The notes under the pieces were generated by a model. The model had not been told where the DNA came from. It worked only from the letters and a program-made list of their open reading frames with translations, and did no database searches. A stretch of 37,695 bases of DNA. It comes from an uncultured Candidatus Saccharibacteria bacterium (lineage in GTDB: Bacteria; Patescibacteriota; Minisyncoccia; Phycocordibacterales; UBA1006). The position numbers and the translations under genes were made by a program. Position 1 is the first letter of the stretch. Each line of letters opens with the position of its first letter. The stretch lies in the NCBI GenBank assembly GCA_964432575.1, contig CAYSOB010000002.1, positions 1 through 37,695 of the forward strand. The letters run 5' to 3'. This document shows, in pieces, positions 8,549 to 17,761 of the stretch.

Positions 8549-8635
8549 GGAGGATTGGATGAGTGGTTTAAATCAACAGTTTACTAAACTGTCGAGCCGT
8601 AATTGGCTCCGTGGGTTCGAATCCCACATCCTCCG
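8549..8635 (+). tRNA. type II Ser-like tRNA with anticodon ACU
   Basis: Acceptor GGAGGAT/ATCCTCC, discriminator G. D-arm GAT-GAGTGGTTTAA-ATC. Anticodon stem ACAGT/ACTGT with a 7-nt loop TT-ACT-AA (8583-8585). Long variable arm GAGCC-GTAATT-GGCTC. T-arm GTGGG-TTCGAAT-CCCAC. Confidence 0.75.
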
Positions 8636-8669
8636 CAAAGACATAATTAATGATATACTTTCCTTACGT

Positions 8670-9308
8670 ATGGAACAAAAAATTATTGACCATCTTTTAA
8701 GTGTATATAAACCAAGAGCGATTATTCTCCACGGATCTCGTGCATCAGGAAAAGCAATACCTACAAGTGATTGGGATTTTATTATGCTTGTAGATGAACC
8801 TAAAGAACCAACACGTGGATATGTTGATGGGGAAAACGTAGAATTTGTTCAAAAAAAGCTTCCCATAAAACCAGAAGATGCTTTCAAAGTTTTTGGTATC
8901 AAGTTTCGAGGGGGAAATGTGCGTATTGTTTATGACCCAGAAAATATTGCAGCACCACTTGTTGCTGCATGTAGAGAAGAAATTGCAAAAGGTCTTGAAT
9001 TAACCAAAGAGGATAAACAGGGACGCAGAGCATTTATGGAGGGATTGTTAAGTAAAATATCTCGGTTTCATGATAATTTCATGCGTTTTGAACCTATGGG
9101 AGATTTTATTAGCCGAGCAACGTATTCATGGTTCCCAGTAAAAGAAAAAAGATATAGTATAGCGACATATGACGCATTAGCATATTTACAGGAACATGAT
9201 CCTGAATATGTAAAAATGCTTGAGAAGTTTGGAGGTGCCTCGGGTGATCAACAAATTGAAGTGGGAAATAAAATTTTAGACTACTTGTTTCCTAATGAGC
9301 AAGAGTAA
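8670..9308 (+). CDS. Pol-beta-superfamily nucleotidyltransferase domain protein (KNTase/ANT-like two-domain layout)
   Basis: NTase motif HGSRASG-(x8)-SDWDF (G-S ... DxD) followed by a helical C-terminal half. Start re-called to ATG 8670, because the track ORF from 8442 reads straight through two tRNA genes. TGa-TATACT (8654-8659) ends 10 nt upstream. Confidence 0.6.
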   Translation: MEQKIIDHLLSVYKPRAIILHGSRASGKAIPTSDWDFIMLVDEPKEPTRGYVDGENVEFVQKKLPIKPEDAFKVFGIKFRGGNVRIVYDPENIAAPLVAACREEIAKGLELTKEDKQGRRAFMEGLLSKISRFHDNFMRFEPMGDFISRATYSWFPVKEKRYSIATYDALAYLQEHDPEYVKMLEKFGGASGDQQIEVGNKILDYLFPNEQE

Positions 9309-9978
9309 ATGCAAATACTGCTTTTGCATAAGGGAGGAGAATGGTGCGGATTTCATCAAGAGTTCCACCGGTTGTAGTTACGTCGTCAATAATGATTACT
9401 AAGGATTGACCGAGATGCGCAGCATCTCGGTCTTTTTGAATTGAAAAAGCTCCGCGAATGTTTTTTAATCGAATTGATTTTTCACTAACCAAAGCTTGTT
9501 TGTCAGTCTTTTTTGATTTAACGATCAGGTCAGTTTCTATGTAAACAGGAATAGATATGTTGCGTTTATTTTCAACAATTACTTTTTGAAATGCTTCTGC
9601 AATTAATTCTGCTTGATTATACCCTCTGTCAATAAATCGTGAACGATGAATAGGTACTGGGATAATTACTATTTTGTTACAATTAAAATTTTTTAACAAT
9701 CCCATTGCCCAACCAAAAATCATAAACTCATTTTGTTGGATAATTTTATGCAGCAGTGCTTGATCAGGAAAGTTTTTAATATGCCGAACACATAACGAAA
9801 CCGGTTCTGTTTTGTAGCGATATAGTGAAAAAATCCATGGTCGTCGAGTTTCGCGACTTAATTCAAGTCTTTGGGAACAGTCTTTACAAATATTGATTAC
9901 TGTATTTTCTTCTTTACAAATAATACAGGTTGGGGGGAATAGGTAATTAAAAATGTGTTGTATAATTTTTGAAATCAT
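9292..9978 (-). CDS. comFC: ComF family protein (ComFC-type phosphoribosyltransferase-fold competence protein)
   Basis: N-terminal 4-Cys finger (CIIC...CKDC) and C-terminal PRTase motif VIIIDDVTTTGGTL. The 3' end overlaps the convergent NTase gene by 17 nt. Confidence 0.85.
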   Translation of the reverse strand: MISKIIQHIFNYLFPPTCIICKEENTVINICKDCSQRLELSRETRRPWIFSLYRYKTEPVSLCVRHIKNFPDQALLHKIIQQNEFMIFGWAMGLLKNFNCNKIVIIPVPIHRSRFIDRGYNQAELIAEAFQKVIVENKRNISIPVYIETDLIVKSKKTDKQALVSEKSIRLKNIRGAFSIQKDRDAAHLGQSLVIIIDDVTTTGGTLDEIRTILLPYAKAVFAFTLAH

Positions 9979-9990
9979 AGTGGTATTTTT

Positions 9991-10010
9991 ATTATAATAT
10001 ATGATATACT
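9991..10010. promoter_or_regulatory. back-to-back divergent -10 boxes for comFC (-) and pilM (+) in a 38-bp intergenic region
   Basis: Plus strand: TGa-TATACT (10005-10010) ends 6 nt before pilM ATG 10017. Minus strand: TATAAT (9996-9991) ends 12 nt before comFC ATG 9978. Confidence 0.5.
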
Positions 10011-10016
10011 ACAGTC

Positions 10017-11114
10017 ATGTTTGACGCTATTAAAAAATTATTTCAAGGCAACACTCAAAACGGCGGAACTTCAGGTGGAAGTGTTTGCGGTATTGATATT
10101 GGAAGTGGATCAATAAAGGTTGTACAAATAAAAGAGGAAAAAGGGCGTATTATTTTGGAAACCTATGGGGCTCTTTCACTTGCACCATTTGCAAACGATT
10201 TGATTGGTAAACCTGCAAAATTATCTGAAGCAGATACTGTAAAGGCGATTACACAAGTATTAAAAGAATCTCGCGTTACTGCAAAAAACTTTGTTGTATC
10301 ACTTCAATCAAATGCAATTTTGGTGTTTGTGGTTACATTACCTCGATCAAGTCAAAATCAATTGGATGCAGTTATCCCAAACGAAGCGAGAAAATATATT
10401 CCTGTCCCACTTACAGAAGTTTCCTTAGACTGGTTTATTATTCCTGATAAAGAAACGTATAACCAAGAGGCAAGTGCACCTTCGCCAACCATTGAAGTTT
10501 TAATTGTTGCTGTTCGAAACGAAACATTACAAAATTATCAAAATGTGTTAACCCAAGCAGCTATAACCAATCCTGCGTTTGAAATAGAAAGCTTCGCAAC
10601 TATGCGTGCAGTGTTGCGTCGTGAAATTGCCCCAGTACTTATTGTTGATGTTGGAACTGCGTTTACCAGCATGATGATTGTTGAGTATGGAATTATTAGA
10701 ATATTCCACGTGGCAAATCGAGGATCAGCCTTTGTAACTGAATCATTAATGCGCAGTCTATCTATTCCATTTGAAAAAGCAGAAGAAATGAAATATAACG
10801 CTGCAAAACACCCAGAGGCACAGCCGTTACTGGATGCCTCACATGAATATCTTGTTTCTGAAATTAAACGAGTATTATTGGAATATGAACATACTCAAAA
10901 TCGTGTGGTATCAAAAATTATTCTGTCGGGTGGAGGTTCAGTAGTTTCAGGATTTCATGAATTGGTTGCAAAAGAAACAGGATTAGAAACAATCATGGCT
11001 GACCCATTTGCAAAAGTTGATGCACCTGAATTTATGCGACCTCTTTTGATTACTTCTGGACCAGAATTTTCTGTAGCAACAGGTCTTGCATTAAAAAACA
11101 TGTTGTCTTTTTAA
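10017..11114 (+). CDS. pilM: type IV pilus assembly protein PilM (actin-like ATPase fold)
   Basis: 365 aa. N-terminal phosphate-1-like GIDIGSGSIKVVQI and a later DVG/GGG actin-fold motif (ILSGGGS). First gene of the pilus block. Confidence 0.85.
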   Translation: MFDAIKKLFQGNTQNGGTSGGSVCGIDIGSGSIKVVQIKEEKGRIILETYGALSLAPFANDLIGKPAKLSEADTVKAITQVLKESRVTAKNFVVSLQSNAILVFVVTLPRSSQNQLDAVIPNEARKYIPVPLTEVSLDWFIIPDKETYNQEASAPSPTIEVLIVAVRNETLQNYQNVLTQAAITNPAFEIESFATMRAVLRREIAPVLIVDVGTAFTSMMIVEYGIIRIFHVANRGSAFVTESLMRSLSIPFEKAEEMKYNAAKHPEAQPLLDASHEYLVSEIKRVLLEYEHTQNRVVSKIILSGGGSVVSGFHELVAKETGLETIMADPFAKVDAPEFMRPLLITSGPEFSVATGLALKNMLSF

Positions 11115-11145
11115 ATAACCTATCGTATACTATTAATAACTTTCT

Positions 11146-11898
11146 ATGGAACAAGAATTTCGAACAACTTTCATTCCCAAAAAACCGATTGTACCTCAAT
11201 CATCACAATCATCTGCTCCGGTTTCAAAACCAGTCGGAATTCTTTTTGTGATTTCAGTTATTATTTTTGTGGTGAGTCTTGCTATTGCTGGTTCTGTTTA
11301 TGGGTATAAAGCGTATCTACAAAATCAAGTTTCCGAACTTGCTATTTCTCTTGATAAGGTTCAAAAAACTCTTGACCCAAATACAATAAAAGAATTTACT
11401 GTGATGGATAAACGATTACGAAATTCAGAAACTCTTTTAAATCAACACGTGGTCATTTCACCTTTATTTAAAGTTTTAGGAACAACAACTTTGCCAACTA
11501 TTCGATACACAAAAATGGATATGTCGTTTGGCGATACTGGAAATTTACTAGTTTCGATGTCGGGTGAATCTGATGGTTACCGATCTATTGCATTGCAGTC
11601 TCAGGCACTTGCTCAGAATGCTGATCTTGGTGACACTATTTTTTCAAATTTTACCGTAACTCCAAAAGGTCGCGTTTCATTTGATGTTGCTTTTACTATT
11701 CCTAAAAACGATCTTGTATTTTCAAAAAACCTTCCTGATGCTCAATCACAAAATGGGCTTGGTCAATCAGTAGACGCGCTATCAGGAAATACTACAACAG
11801 ATATGATGGCAGAGACTCAAGAAACTGCTGTAGAGGTTGCTCCAGTTGAAACTGCTCCGGCTCAACCGATTACTAATGGGTCGTCATCAAAACGTTAA
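11146..11898 (+). CDS. pilN: PilN-like bitopic pilus alignment protein
   Basis: Short cytoplasmic N-terminus (TTFIPKKP, in the position of the PilM-binding INLLP-type peptide), a single TM helix, and a periplasmic/extracellular domain. Lies between pilM and pilO. Family call is by position and architecture. Confidence 0.5.
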   Translation: MEQEFRTTFIPKKPIVPQSSQSSAPVSKPVGILFVISVIIFVVSLAIAGSVYGYKAYLQNQVSELAISLDKVQKTLDPNTIKEFTVMDKRLRNSETLLNQHVVISPLFKVLGTTTLPTIRYTKMDMSFGDTGNLLVSMSGESDGYRSIALQSQALAQNADLGDTIFSNFTVTPKGRVSFDVAFTIPKNDLVFSKNLPDAQSQNGLGQSVDALSGNTTTDMMAETQETAVEVAPVETAPAQPITNGSSSKR

Positions 11899-11917
11899 TC
11901 AAACTAATCAACTTATT

Positions 11918-12457
11918 ATGAGAACCATCTTTTCCATTACTATGTTACTTGCATCTATAGGTAGTTTTATCGTATACACGGTTCCTACTTATGCTGATGT
12001 AAAAACAATCGGTGTTAAAAAAACCGAGTATTTGGATTTACTACAAAGTGCTCGGACACTTGCAGAAAAACGTGATCAGTTACTACAAGTTTATAATGGC
12101 ATTGCACCCGAAGATATTGCACGTTTGGAAAAAATGCTTCCTACTAATCCTGATAATGTGAAATTGATTTTAGAAATTGATGCACTTGCAAAAAATCAGG
12201 GGCTTGCATTACAGAATGTAAAAATTAAAGACGCATCTGATGCTAGTTCAAAAAACAAAGCAAAAGCAAATACTGACATAGGAACACTAACTCTTGAATT
12301 TACAACAGTTGGGCCGTATGCTGGGTATGTAAATTTTATTAACATTCTCGAAAAAAACTTGCGTGTTATGAATGTTAAAAAAGTTTCTTTCTTGGCTCCA
12401 GATGATAAAGCTAATTATCAGTACCAGACGACTGTCGAAACGTATTGGGTGAAATAA
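11918..12457 (+). CDS. pilO: PilO-like pilus biogenesis protein
   Basis: Start re-called to ATG 11918 (MRTIFSI...), because the track start at 11837 overlaps the pilN 3' end. N-terminal TM helix, coiled-coil region, and C-terminal region (LPTNPDNVKLILEIDALAKNQGL) typical of PilO. Confidence 0.55.
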   Translation: MRTIFSITMLLASIGSFIVYTVPTYADVKTIGVKKTEYLDLLQSARTLAEKRDQLLQVYNGIAPEDIARLEKMLPTNPDNVKLILEIDALAKNQGLALQNVKIKDASDASSKNKAKANTDIGTLTLEFTTVGPYAGYVNFINILEKNLRVMNVKKVSFLAPDDKANYQYQTTVETYWVK

Positions 12458-12470
12458 TTCTTCCTTATTT

Positions 12471-12929
12471 ATGAAAAATCAAAAACTATTCATCGGAATT
12501 GTTGCACTGCTTGTTATTGCTTTAGGGGCATATCTTTATTTTTCTAAAGGTTCTTCTATAAAACAACCAGTAACCAGTACCATTGCATCAACAAATACAG
12601 GATCTAATCCAGTTGCGCTTGGAAACAATGCTGAAATAACCGCTTCGTCTTTTGCAGGTAGTGATATTGCGACCATGCTGAAAAATATTTCGCAAATTAA
12701 ATTAAATACGGGAATTTTACAAAACCCATCATTCTTGTCTCTTGTTGATACAACGCTTTCGTTGCCACCTGCAACAGTATCAGGACGTATTAATCCATTT
12801 GGACGATCTGGTGCATTGGACAGCGCTACTCCAACTTCATCACAAATTAACAGTGGTGATACTGCGTCGCCGTCTACTCCTGTGGTTTCTCCAACAACAA
12901 CTCAGAATTCAACAACAAAAAAACCATAA
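12471..12929 (+). CDS. hypothetical membrane-anchored protein, S/T/P-rich C-terminus (pilus-operon member)
   Basis: 152 aa with an N-terminal TM helix (LFIGIVALLVIALGAYLYF) and a low-complexity tail. Occupies the position where PilP/PilQ would follow in diderms, but shows no secretin features. Confidence 0.5.
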   Translation: MKNQKLFIGIVALLVIALGAYLYFSKGSSIKQPVTSTIASTNTGSNPVALGNNAEITASSFAGSDIATMLKNISQIKLNTGILQNPSFLSLVDTTLSLPPATVSGRINPFGRSGALDSATPTSSQINSGDTASPSTPVVSPTTTQNSTTKKP

Positions 12930-12964
12930 TAAAAAAATCAGCACTATGCCTGGTTTTTTTATTA

Positions 12965-12973
12965 TGATATAAT
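12965..12973 (+). promoter_or_regulatory. extended -10 (TGaTATAAT) 8 nt upstream of the pilB ATG
   Basis: TG at 12965-12966, TATAAT at 12968-12973, ATG at 12982. Confidence 0.5.
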
Positions 12974-12981
12974 CTTGTCAT

Positions 12982-14730
12982 ATGGGATTTCTTGAAAAAC
13001 TGGTTGAAAAACAAATCATCAATCGATATCAACTAAATGATATTTTAGAAAAGACAAAAGACATGTCAGGTGATATTGATCGGGTTCTTGAATTATATAA
13101 AGTTCCTGCTGATGCCGTACGATCTGCAAAAAGTTCTTTTTTTGGTGTTCCTGAAATCATTGCGCCAGAGGTGATCCAAAGCGACCTCCTTTCTATTATT
13201 CCTATTGATGCTGCACGTAATTATCGATTCGTACCTATTGCTCGTGAAAATGATGTGTTAAAAATTGGGATGCTTGATCCTGGAAATTTGGAGGCAAGAA
13301 ATGCATTACAATTCATTGCTTCACAGACGAATATTCCTTTTGAGGCCTATGTAATTTCGCTTTCTGATTTTAATAGAATTGTTTCACTTTATAATGGTTC
13401 TGAAAATGACGTATTAACCACCAGTGTTAACCGAGGCGAAAATGTTTCAAATTTGGAAACCGATGCAGGTACCCGAGAGGAATCAGACAATATTTCATTT
13501 GCAGGATCTTTTGATGCGGATATCAAACAAACTAATGATAAGAAAATTGTAGAAGATGCACCTGCAACAAAAATGATAGCGGTGATTTTGAAAAACGCCA
13601 TTGAGGGTGGAGCTTCGGATGTACACATAGAACCGACTGGGAGTGATGTACGTGTTCGATATCGTGTTGACGGTGTGCTGCATATTAGTTTGCGTACTAA
13701 CAAAAATATGCTGGATTCATTAATTGCGCGGTTAAAAACAATGACCAATACCATGAAATTAGATGAACGACGTAAACCACAAGATGGTCGGTTCATGGCA
13801 TTAACGGGTGGACGTAAAATCGATTTTCGTTTATCAATCTTGCCAACATTTTTTGGTGAAAAAGCAGTAATTCGTATTTTGGATCCAGGTCGCGGTGTAA
13901 AGAAACTTGATGACATTGGAATGAGTAAAACTCATTTAGAAATGGTTCGTCATGCTCTTGCTTTGCCATATGGTTTAATTCTGATTACTGGACCAACAGG
14001 ATCTGGTAAGACAACTACATTGTATTCAATGATGAATGAAATTGATCGTGAACGATTAAATGTTGTTTCATTGGAAGATCCGGTGGAATATAATATTTCA
14101 GGAATGAACCAATCACAAGTACATCCCGAAATCGGGTATACATTTGCAAACGGACTTCGTTCTATTCTACGACAAGACCCAGATGTGATTATGGTAGGGG
14201 AAATTCGTGATAAAGAAACGGCGGAACTTGCTATTAACGCAGCGCTTACAGGACATTTAGTGATGGCAACACTTCACACAAACAACTCTATCGGGGTAAT
14301 TCCACGTTTGGTTGATATGGGGGTTGATCCGTACTTAATTGCTCCTACGCTTGTGTTATCTATTGCTCAACGATTATCTCGAAAATTCGTAGAAGGAAAA
14401 GGCGAGGCGATTCCGATTGATGGAGCGATTGCTGGTTTGATTCAAAAGCAATTTGCTGACTTGCCGGAACAATATCGTCCTGTGTTTAGCTCTACTGATA
14501 TGATTCATGATATTCCAAAGGTTGGCGGAGAAGGTGTATTACATGATCGAATGCCGGTATTTGAAATGTTTGCAGTTGATAAACCGCTTCAAAATATTAT
14601 CTTGAAAGAACCAACAGAAAATGCGATTTATGATTATGTTCGTGCTCAAGGAATGGTAACCATGCGCGAAGATGCAATTATTAAATCAGTTGCTGGTGTA
14701 GTTCCATGGAGTGAAGCAAATGCGTTATAG
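12982..14730 (+). CDS. pilB: type IV pilus extension ATPase PilB (GspE/T2SS-E family)
   Basis: 582 aa. N-terminal T2SSE_N-like domain, Walker A GPTGSGKTTT, Asp box, Walker B (VIMVGEIRD) and His box (ATLHTN). Confidence 0.9.
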   Translation: MGFLEKLVEKQIINRYQLNDILEKTKDMSGDIDRVLELYKVPADAVRSAKSSFFGVPEIIAPEVIQSDLLSIIPIDAARNYRFVPIARENDVLKIGMLDPGNLEARNALQFIASQTNIPFEAYVISLSDFNRIVSLYNGSENDVLTTSVNRGENVSNLETDAGTREESDNISFAGSFDADIKQTNDKKIVEDAPATKMIAVILKNAIEGGASDVHIEPTGSDVRVRYRVDGVLHISLRTNKNMLDSLIARLKTMTNTMKLDERRKPQDGRFMALTGGRKIDFRLSILPTFFGEKAVIRILDPGRGVKKLDDIGMSKTHLEMVRHALALPYGLILITGPTGSGKTTTLYSMMNEIDRERLNVVSLEDPVEYNISGMNQSQVHPEIGYTFANGLRSILRQDPDVIMVGEIRDKETAELAINAALTGHLVMATLHTNNSIGVIPRLVDMGVDPYLIAPTLVLSIAQRLSRKFVEGKGEAIPIDGAIAGLIQKQFADLPEQYRPVFSSTDMIHDIPKVGGEGVLHDRMPVFEMFAVDKPLQNIILKEPTENAIYDYVRAQGMVTMREDAIIKSVAGVVPWSEANAL

Positions 14731-14734
14731 ATTT

Positions 14735-14764
14735 AAAAAGTTCCCCAAATGGGGAATTTTTTTG
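14735..14764 (+). terminator. rho-independent terminator after pilB
   Basis: TTCCCC / AAAT / GGGGAA hairpin followed by a T7 run. Confidence 0.55.
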
Positions 14765-14805
14765 TGGAAAACTTTATAAATTTATTGCGTTTACATTTCA
14801 AGTAA

Positions 14806-14814
14806 TGGTATACT
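14806..14814 (+). promoter_or_regulatory. extended -10 (TGgTATACT) 7 nt upstream of the pilT ATG
   Basis: TG at 14806-14807, TATACT at 14809-14814, ATG at 14822. Confidence 0.5.
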
Positions 14815-14821
14815 GTAAAAC

Positions 14822-15886
14822 ATGGAAACCAACTACAAACAAAATCTTGAAACATTATTAGATTTAGTAATTCAAAATGGGGCGTCTGATCTTCATTTAG
14901 GTGAAGGGCGTCATCCATTTATTCGTGTTGAGGGTGAATTAACACCCATTGTACAATATCCCCAATTATCAAAAGACGATATTGTAGGAATGTTAAGTAT
15001 CATGATTACTCCTGAAGCATTACGAAAAATTAGTAACCTTCAAGAGGTTGATTTCGCCTATGATTTTGCAGGTAAAGTTCGGTTTCGAGGAAATGTTTAT
15101 ATTAAATCAGGAACTCTTGCAGTTGCGTTACGTGCAATTCAAAAAGTTCGAACATTGCAAGATTTAAAATTACCTGACGTACTACAGCAATTTATTCAAC
15201 CACAACAAGGGTTCTTTTTAGTGGTAGGACCAGTAGGACAAGGTAAATCAACAACACTTGCTGCAATGATTGATATGATTAATACAACCCGAAAGGATCA
15301 TATTGTAACCATTGAACATCCTATTGAATATTTGCATGTCGAGAAACAGTCAATCATTGATCAGCGAGAAGTTGAATTAGATACTATTTCGTTTGCTGAT
15401 GCACTATCATCAGTATTTCGTCAGGATGTAGATGTTATTTTGGTTGGTGAAATGCGTGATCCTGAAACTATTAAAACTGCAGTAACTGCCGCTGAAACAG
15501 GTCACTTAGTATATTCAACACTACACACTAACTCCGCATCACAGACTGTAGATCGAATCATCGACTCATTCCCTGCAGAACAGCAGGATCAGGTTCGTAT
15601 TCAATTAGCCGGAAGTTTGTTGGGAATTTTTTCACAACGATTAATCCCAAGTCAAAAAGGAGGATTAGTTCCTGCATATGAATTACTTATCAATACCAAG
15701 GCTGTTGCCAATGTTATTCGGGAAAATAGAACCCATGAAATTGATATGTTAATTGAAACAGGAACAGAACATGGAATGATTTCTATGAACACGTCTCTTT
15801 TGGAATTAGTTCGATCAGGAGACATAACACTGGACGAGGCTCGGTCATATTCTTTGAATCCTCAAGCTCTAGAACAGTCAATATAG
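14822..15886 (+). CDS. pilT: type IV pilus retraction ATPase PilT
   Basis: 354 aa. Walker A GPVGQGKSTT, Walker B ILVGEMRD, His box STLHTN. PilT-size protein lacking the long PilB N-domain. Confidence 0.88.
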   Translation: METNYKQNLETLLDLVIQNGASDLHLGEGRHPFIRVEGELTPIVQYPQLSKDDIVGMLSIMITPEALRKISNLQEVDFAYDFAGKVRFRGNVYIKSGTLAVALRAIQKVRTLQDLKLPDVLQQFIQPQQGFFLVVGPVGQGKSTTLAAMIDMINTTRKDHIVTIEHPIEYLHVEKQSIIDQREVELDTISFADALSSVFRQDVDVILVGEMRDPETIKTAVTAAETGHLVYSTLHTNSASQTVDRIIDSFPAEQQDQVRIQLAGSLLGIFSQRLIPSQKGGLVPAYELLINTKAVANVIRENRTHEIDMLIETGTEHGMISMNTSLLELVRSGDITLDEARSYSLNPQALEQSI

Positions 15887-15918
15887 GTTTCTGTTATTCG
15901 TTATGATATTATTACATT

Positions 15919-17124
15919 ATGTTATTTAACTATACGGTATTAACCCCAGAAGGCTCACAATCAAAAGGTCAAATCGACGCACTGTCTGCAGATGCTGCAA
16001 TTAGTTCGCTGCAACGGCGTGGCTTTGTGGTTGTTTCGGTTAATGCTGATCAACAAAAAAACTTCTTACAAAAGAAGTTTTCAGTGTTTGACCGTGTACC
16101 AATGAAGGATGTTGTGATTATGTCACGACAAATTGCAGCATTGTTTGAGGCACAAGTATCAGCAATAAAAGCTTTTACTTTGCTGGCTGAAAACGCTAAT
16201 AATAAAGTTTTATCGTATGCGCTTTCAAGTATTGCTCAGGATATTCAAGGGGGAATTACTATTTCTGGTGCTATGGAAAAACATAGTAATGTTTTTTCTC
16301 AGTTTTATATCAGTATGGTTCATGCAGGTGAAGAGTCTGGGAAATTAACAGATTCATTCCGATATCTTGCAGATTATTTGGAACGAGAATATGAACTTAC
16401 CAGTAAAACAAAAAATGCATTAATTTACCCGGCCTTCGTAATTGTAACATTCATTACGGTTATGGTTTTAATGCTTACCATGATTATTCCTCGTCTGTCT
16501 GTTATCTTGATTGAAACAGGTCAGCAGCTACCAATCTATACACGGGCAGTAATTGCGCTTTCTGATTTCTTTGTACATTACGGTATCTTTATGTTGATTA
16601 TCGTAGTTGCAATTGGATTGTATATTGGGCGGTCTCTACGAACAGTAGAGGGTAAGCGTAGAATTGATGGTTGGAAAATTAGCTTGCCAGTAGTAGGAGA
16701 ATTATATAAAAAAGTATATCTTTCTCGAATTGCTGACAACATGGATACTATGCTTTCATCAAGTATCCCGGTATTACGAGCTCTTGAAATAACAGGTGAC
16801 GTAGTAGATAATCAGCTATACAAAGATGTAATGCAACAAGCGGTGAACGATGTAAAGGCAGGAGTTTCTATTTCTTCATCATTTGAAAAACACGCAATTA
16901 TTCCACCTATTATGGTACAAATGGTGCGAGTAGGTGAAGAGACAGGTTCCTTGGGATCTATTTTGAAAACATTGGCACGATTTTACAAACGAGAAGTTGA
17001 CGGCGCTGTGGATACCTTAATCGGTTTGATTGAACCAATTATGATTGTAGGTCTCGGTGTCGGTGTAGGATTCTTGTTGACATCTATCCTTGTTCCAATT
17101 TATAATATTGCTAGTTCCTTGTAA
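15919..17124 (+). CDS. pilC: type IV pilus platform protein PilC (T2SS-F family)
   Basis: 401 aa with two T2SSF repeats, each containing a GE(E/T)(S/T)G motif (HAGEESGKL; RVGEETGSL), and 3 TM segments. Confidence 0.9.
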   Translation: MLFNYTVLTPEGSQSKGQIDALSADAAISSLQRRGFVVVSVNADQQKNFLQKKFSVFDRVPMKDVVIMSRQIAALFEAQVSAIKAFTLLAENANNKVLSYALSSIAQDIQGGITISGAMEKHSNVFSQFYISMVHAGEESGKLTDSFRYLADYLEREYELTSKTKNALIYPAFVIVTFITVMVLMLTMIIPRLSVILIETGQQLPIYTRAVIALSDFFVHYGIFMLIIVVAIGLYIGRSLRTVEGKRRIDGWKISLPVVGELYKKVYLSRIADNMDTMLSSSIPVLRALEITGDVVDNQLYKDVMQQAVNDVKAGVSISSSFEKHAIIPPIMVQMVRVGEETGSLGSILKTLARFYKREVDGAVDTLIGLIEPIMIVGLGVGVGFLLTSILVPIYNIASSL

Positions 17125-17186
17125 GAAAGGATTTGTGATATACTTGATTTATTATTCGCATTAACCGATCTCTTTAGTTTATTTTT

Positions 17187-17699
17187 ATGAAAAAACTTTT
17201 TAAAAAATCAGAGGCAGGATTCACATTGATCGAACTTTTGGTGGTGATTGCTATTATTGCAATTCTTTCAACAATCGTTCTTGCTTCGCTTAACCAAGCT
17301 CGTGCACGTGCGCGAATTGCAAAATTACAATCAGAAATGAAAAATATGCAACCACAAGCGGAATTATATTACTCTGGGCATTTAGAGTATGCTTCAGGAA
17401 CAGTTTTAGGAACCAGTGGGTGTAGCGCAACAAATTCAATGTTTGACGCAGATGTTTCCGATGGTGGTGTATCAGCTCTTGTGAATTCTATTAATGATGT
17501 TGCTAACAATACACTTGAATGTTATTCAAATGGGTCATCCTGGGCAGCAATTGCTCCATTACCAAATGCTAGTGGTGAAAAATGGTGTGTTGATTCAAAT
17601 GGATATTCAGGAAAAGCTACGTCAGCAACTAACTCTGTTTGTGACGGAACTCAGCAAGGTACCCCAATTATCCCTGGGGGCGGTGGATCAGTAAACTAA
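17187..17699 (+). CDS. pilA: type IV pilin (candidate major pilin)
   Basis: Class III signal peptide KKSEAG/FTLIELLVVIAIIAIL (G-1, F+1, E+5). Several Cys in the globular C-terminal domain. Has a 42-nt leader after TGa-TATACT (17139-17144) and is followed by a terminator. Confidence 0.85.
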   Translation: MKKLFKKSEAGFTLIELLVVIAIIAILSTIVLASLNQARARARIAKLQSEMKNMQPQAELYYSGHLEYASGTVLGTSGCSATNSMFDADVSDGGVSALVNSINDVANNTLECYSNGSSWAAIAPLPNASGEKWCVDSNGYSGKATSATNSVCDGTQQGTPIIPGGGGSVN

Positions 17700-17712
17700 A
17701 TAGTACCAAAAT

Positions 17713-17742
17713 AAAAACTTTCCTTTGGGAAAGTTTTTATTT
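17713..17742 (+). terminator. rho-independent terminator after the first pilin gene
   Basis: AAAAACTTTCC / TTTG / GGAAAGTTTTT hairpin followed by a T-run. Confidence 0.6.
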
Positions 17743-17761
17743 TGGTGTATAATTTAGATAT

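Noticed and set aside
8442-8669. N-terminal 76 codons of the track ORF 8442..9308
   Set aside because: This stretch reads straight through two well-formed tRNA genes (8452-8538 and 8549-8635). The real CDS starts at ATG 8670, behind its own -10 box.
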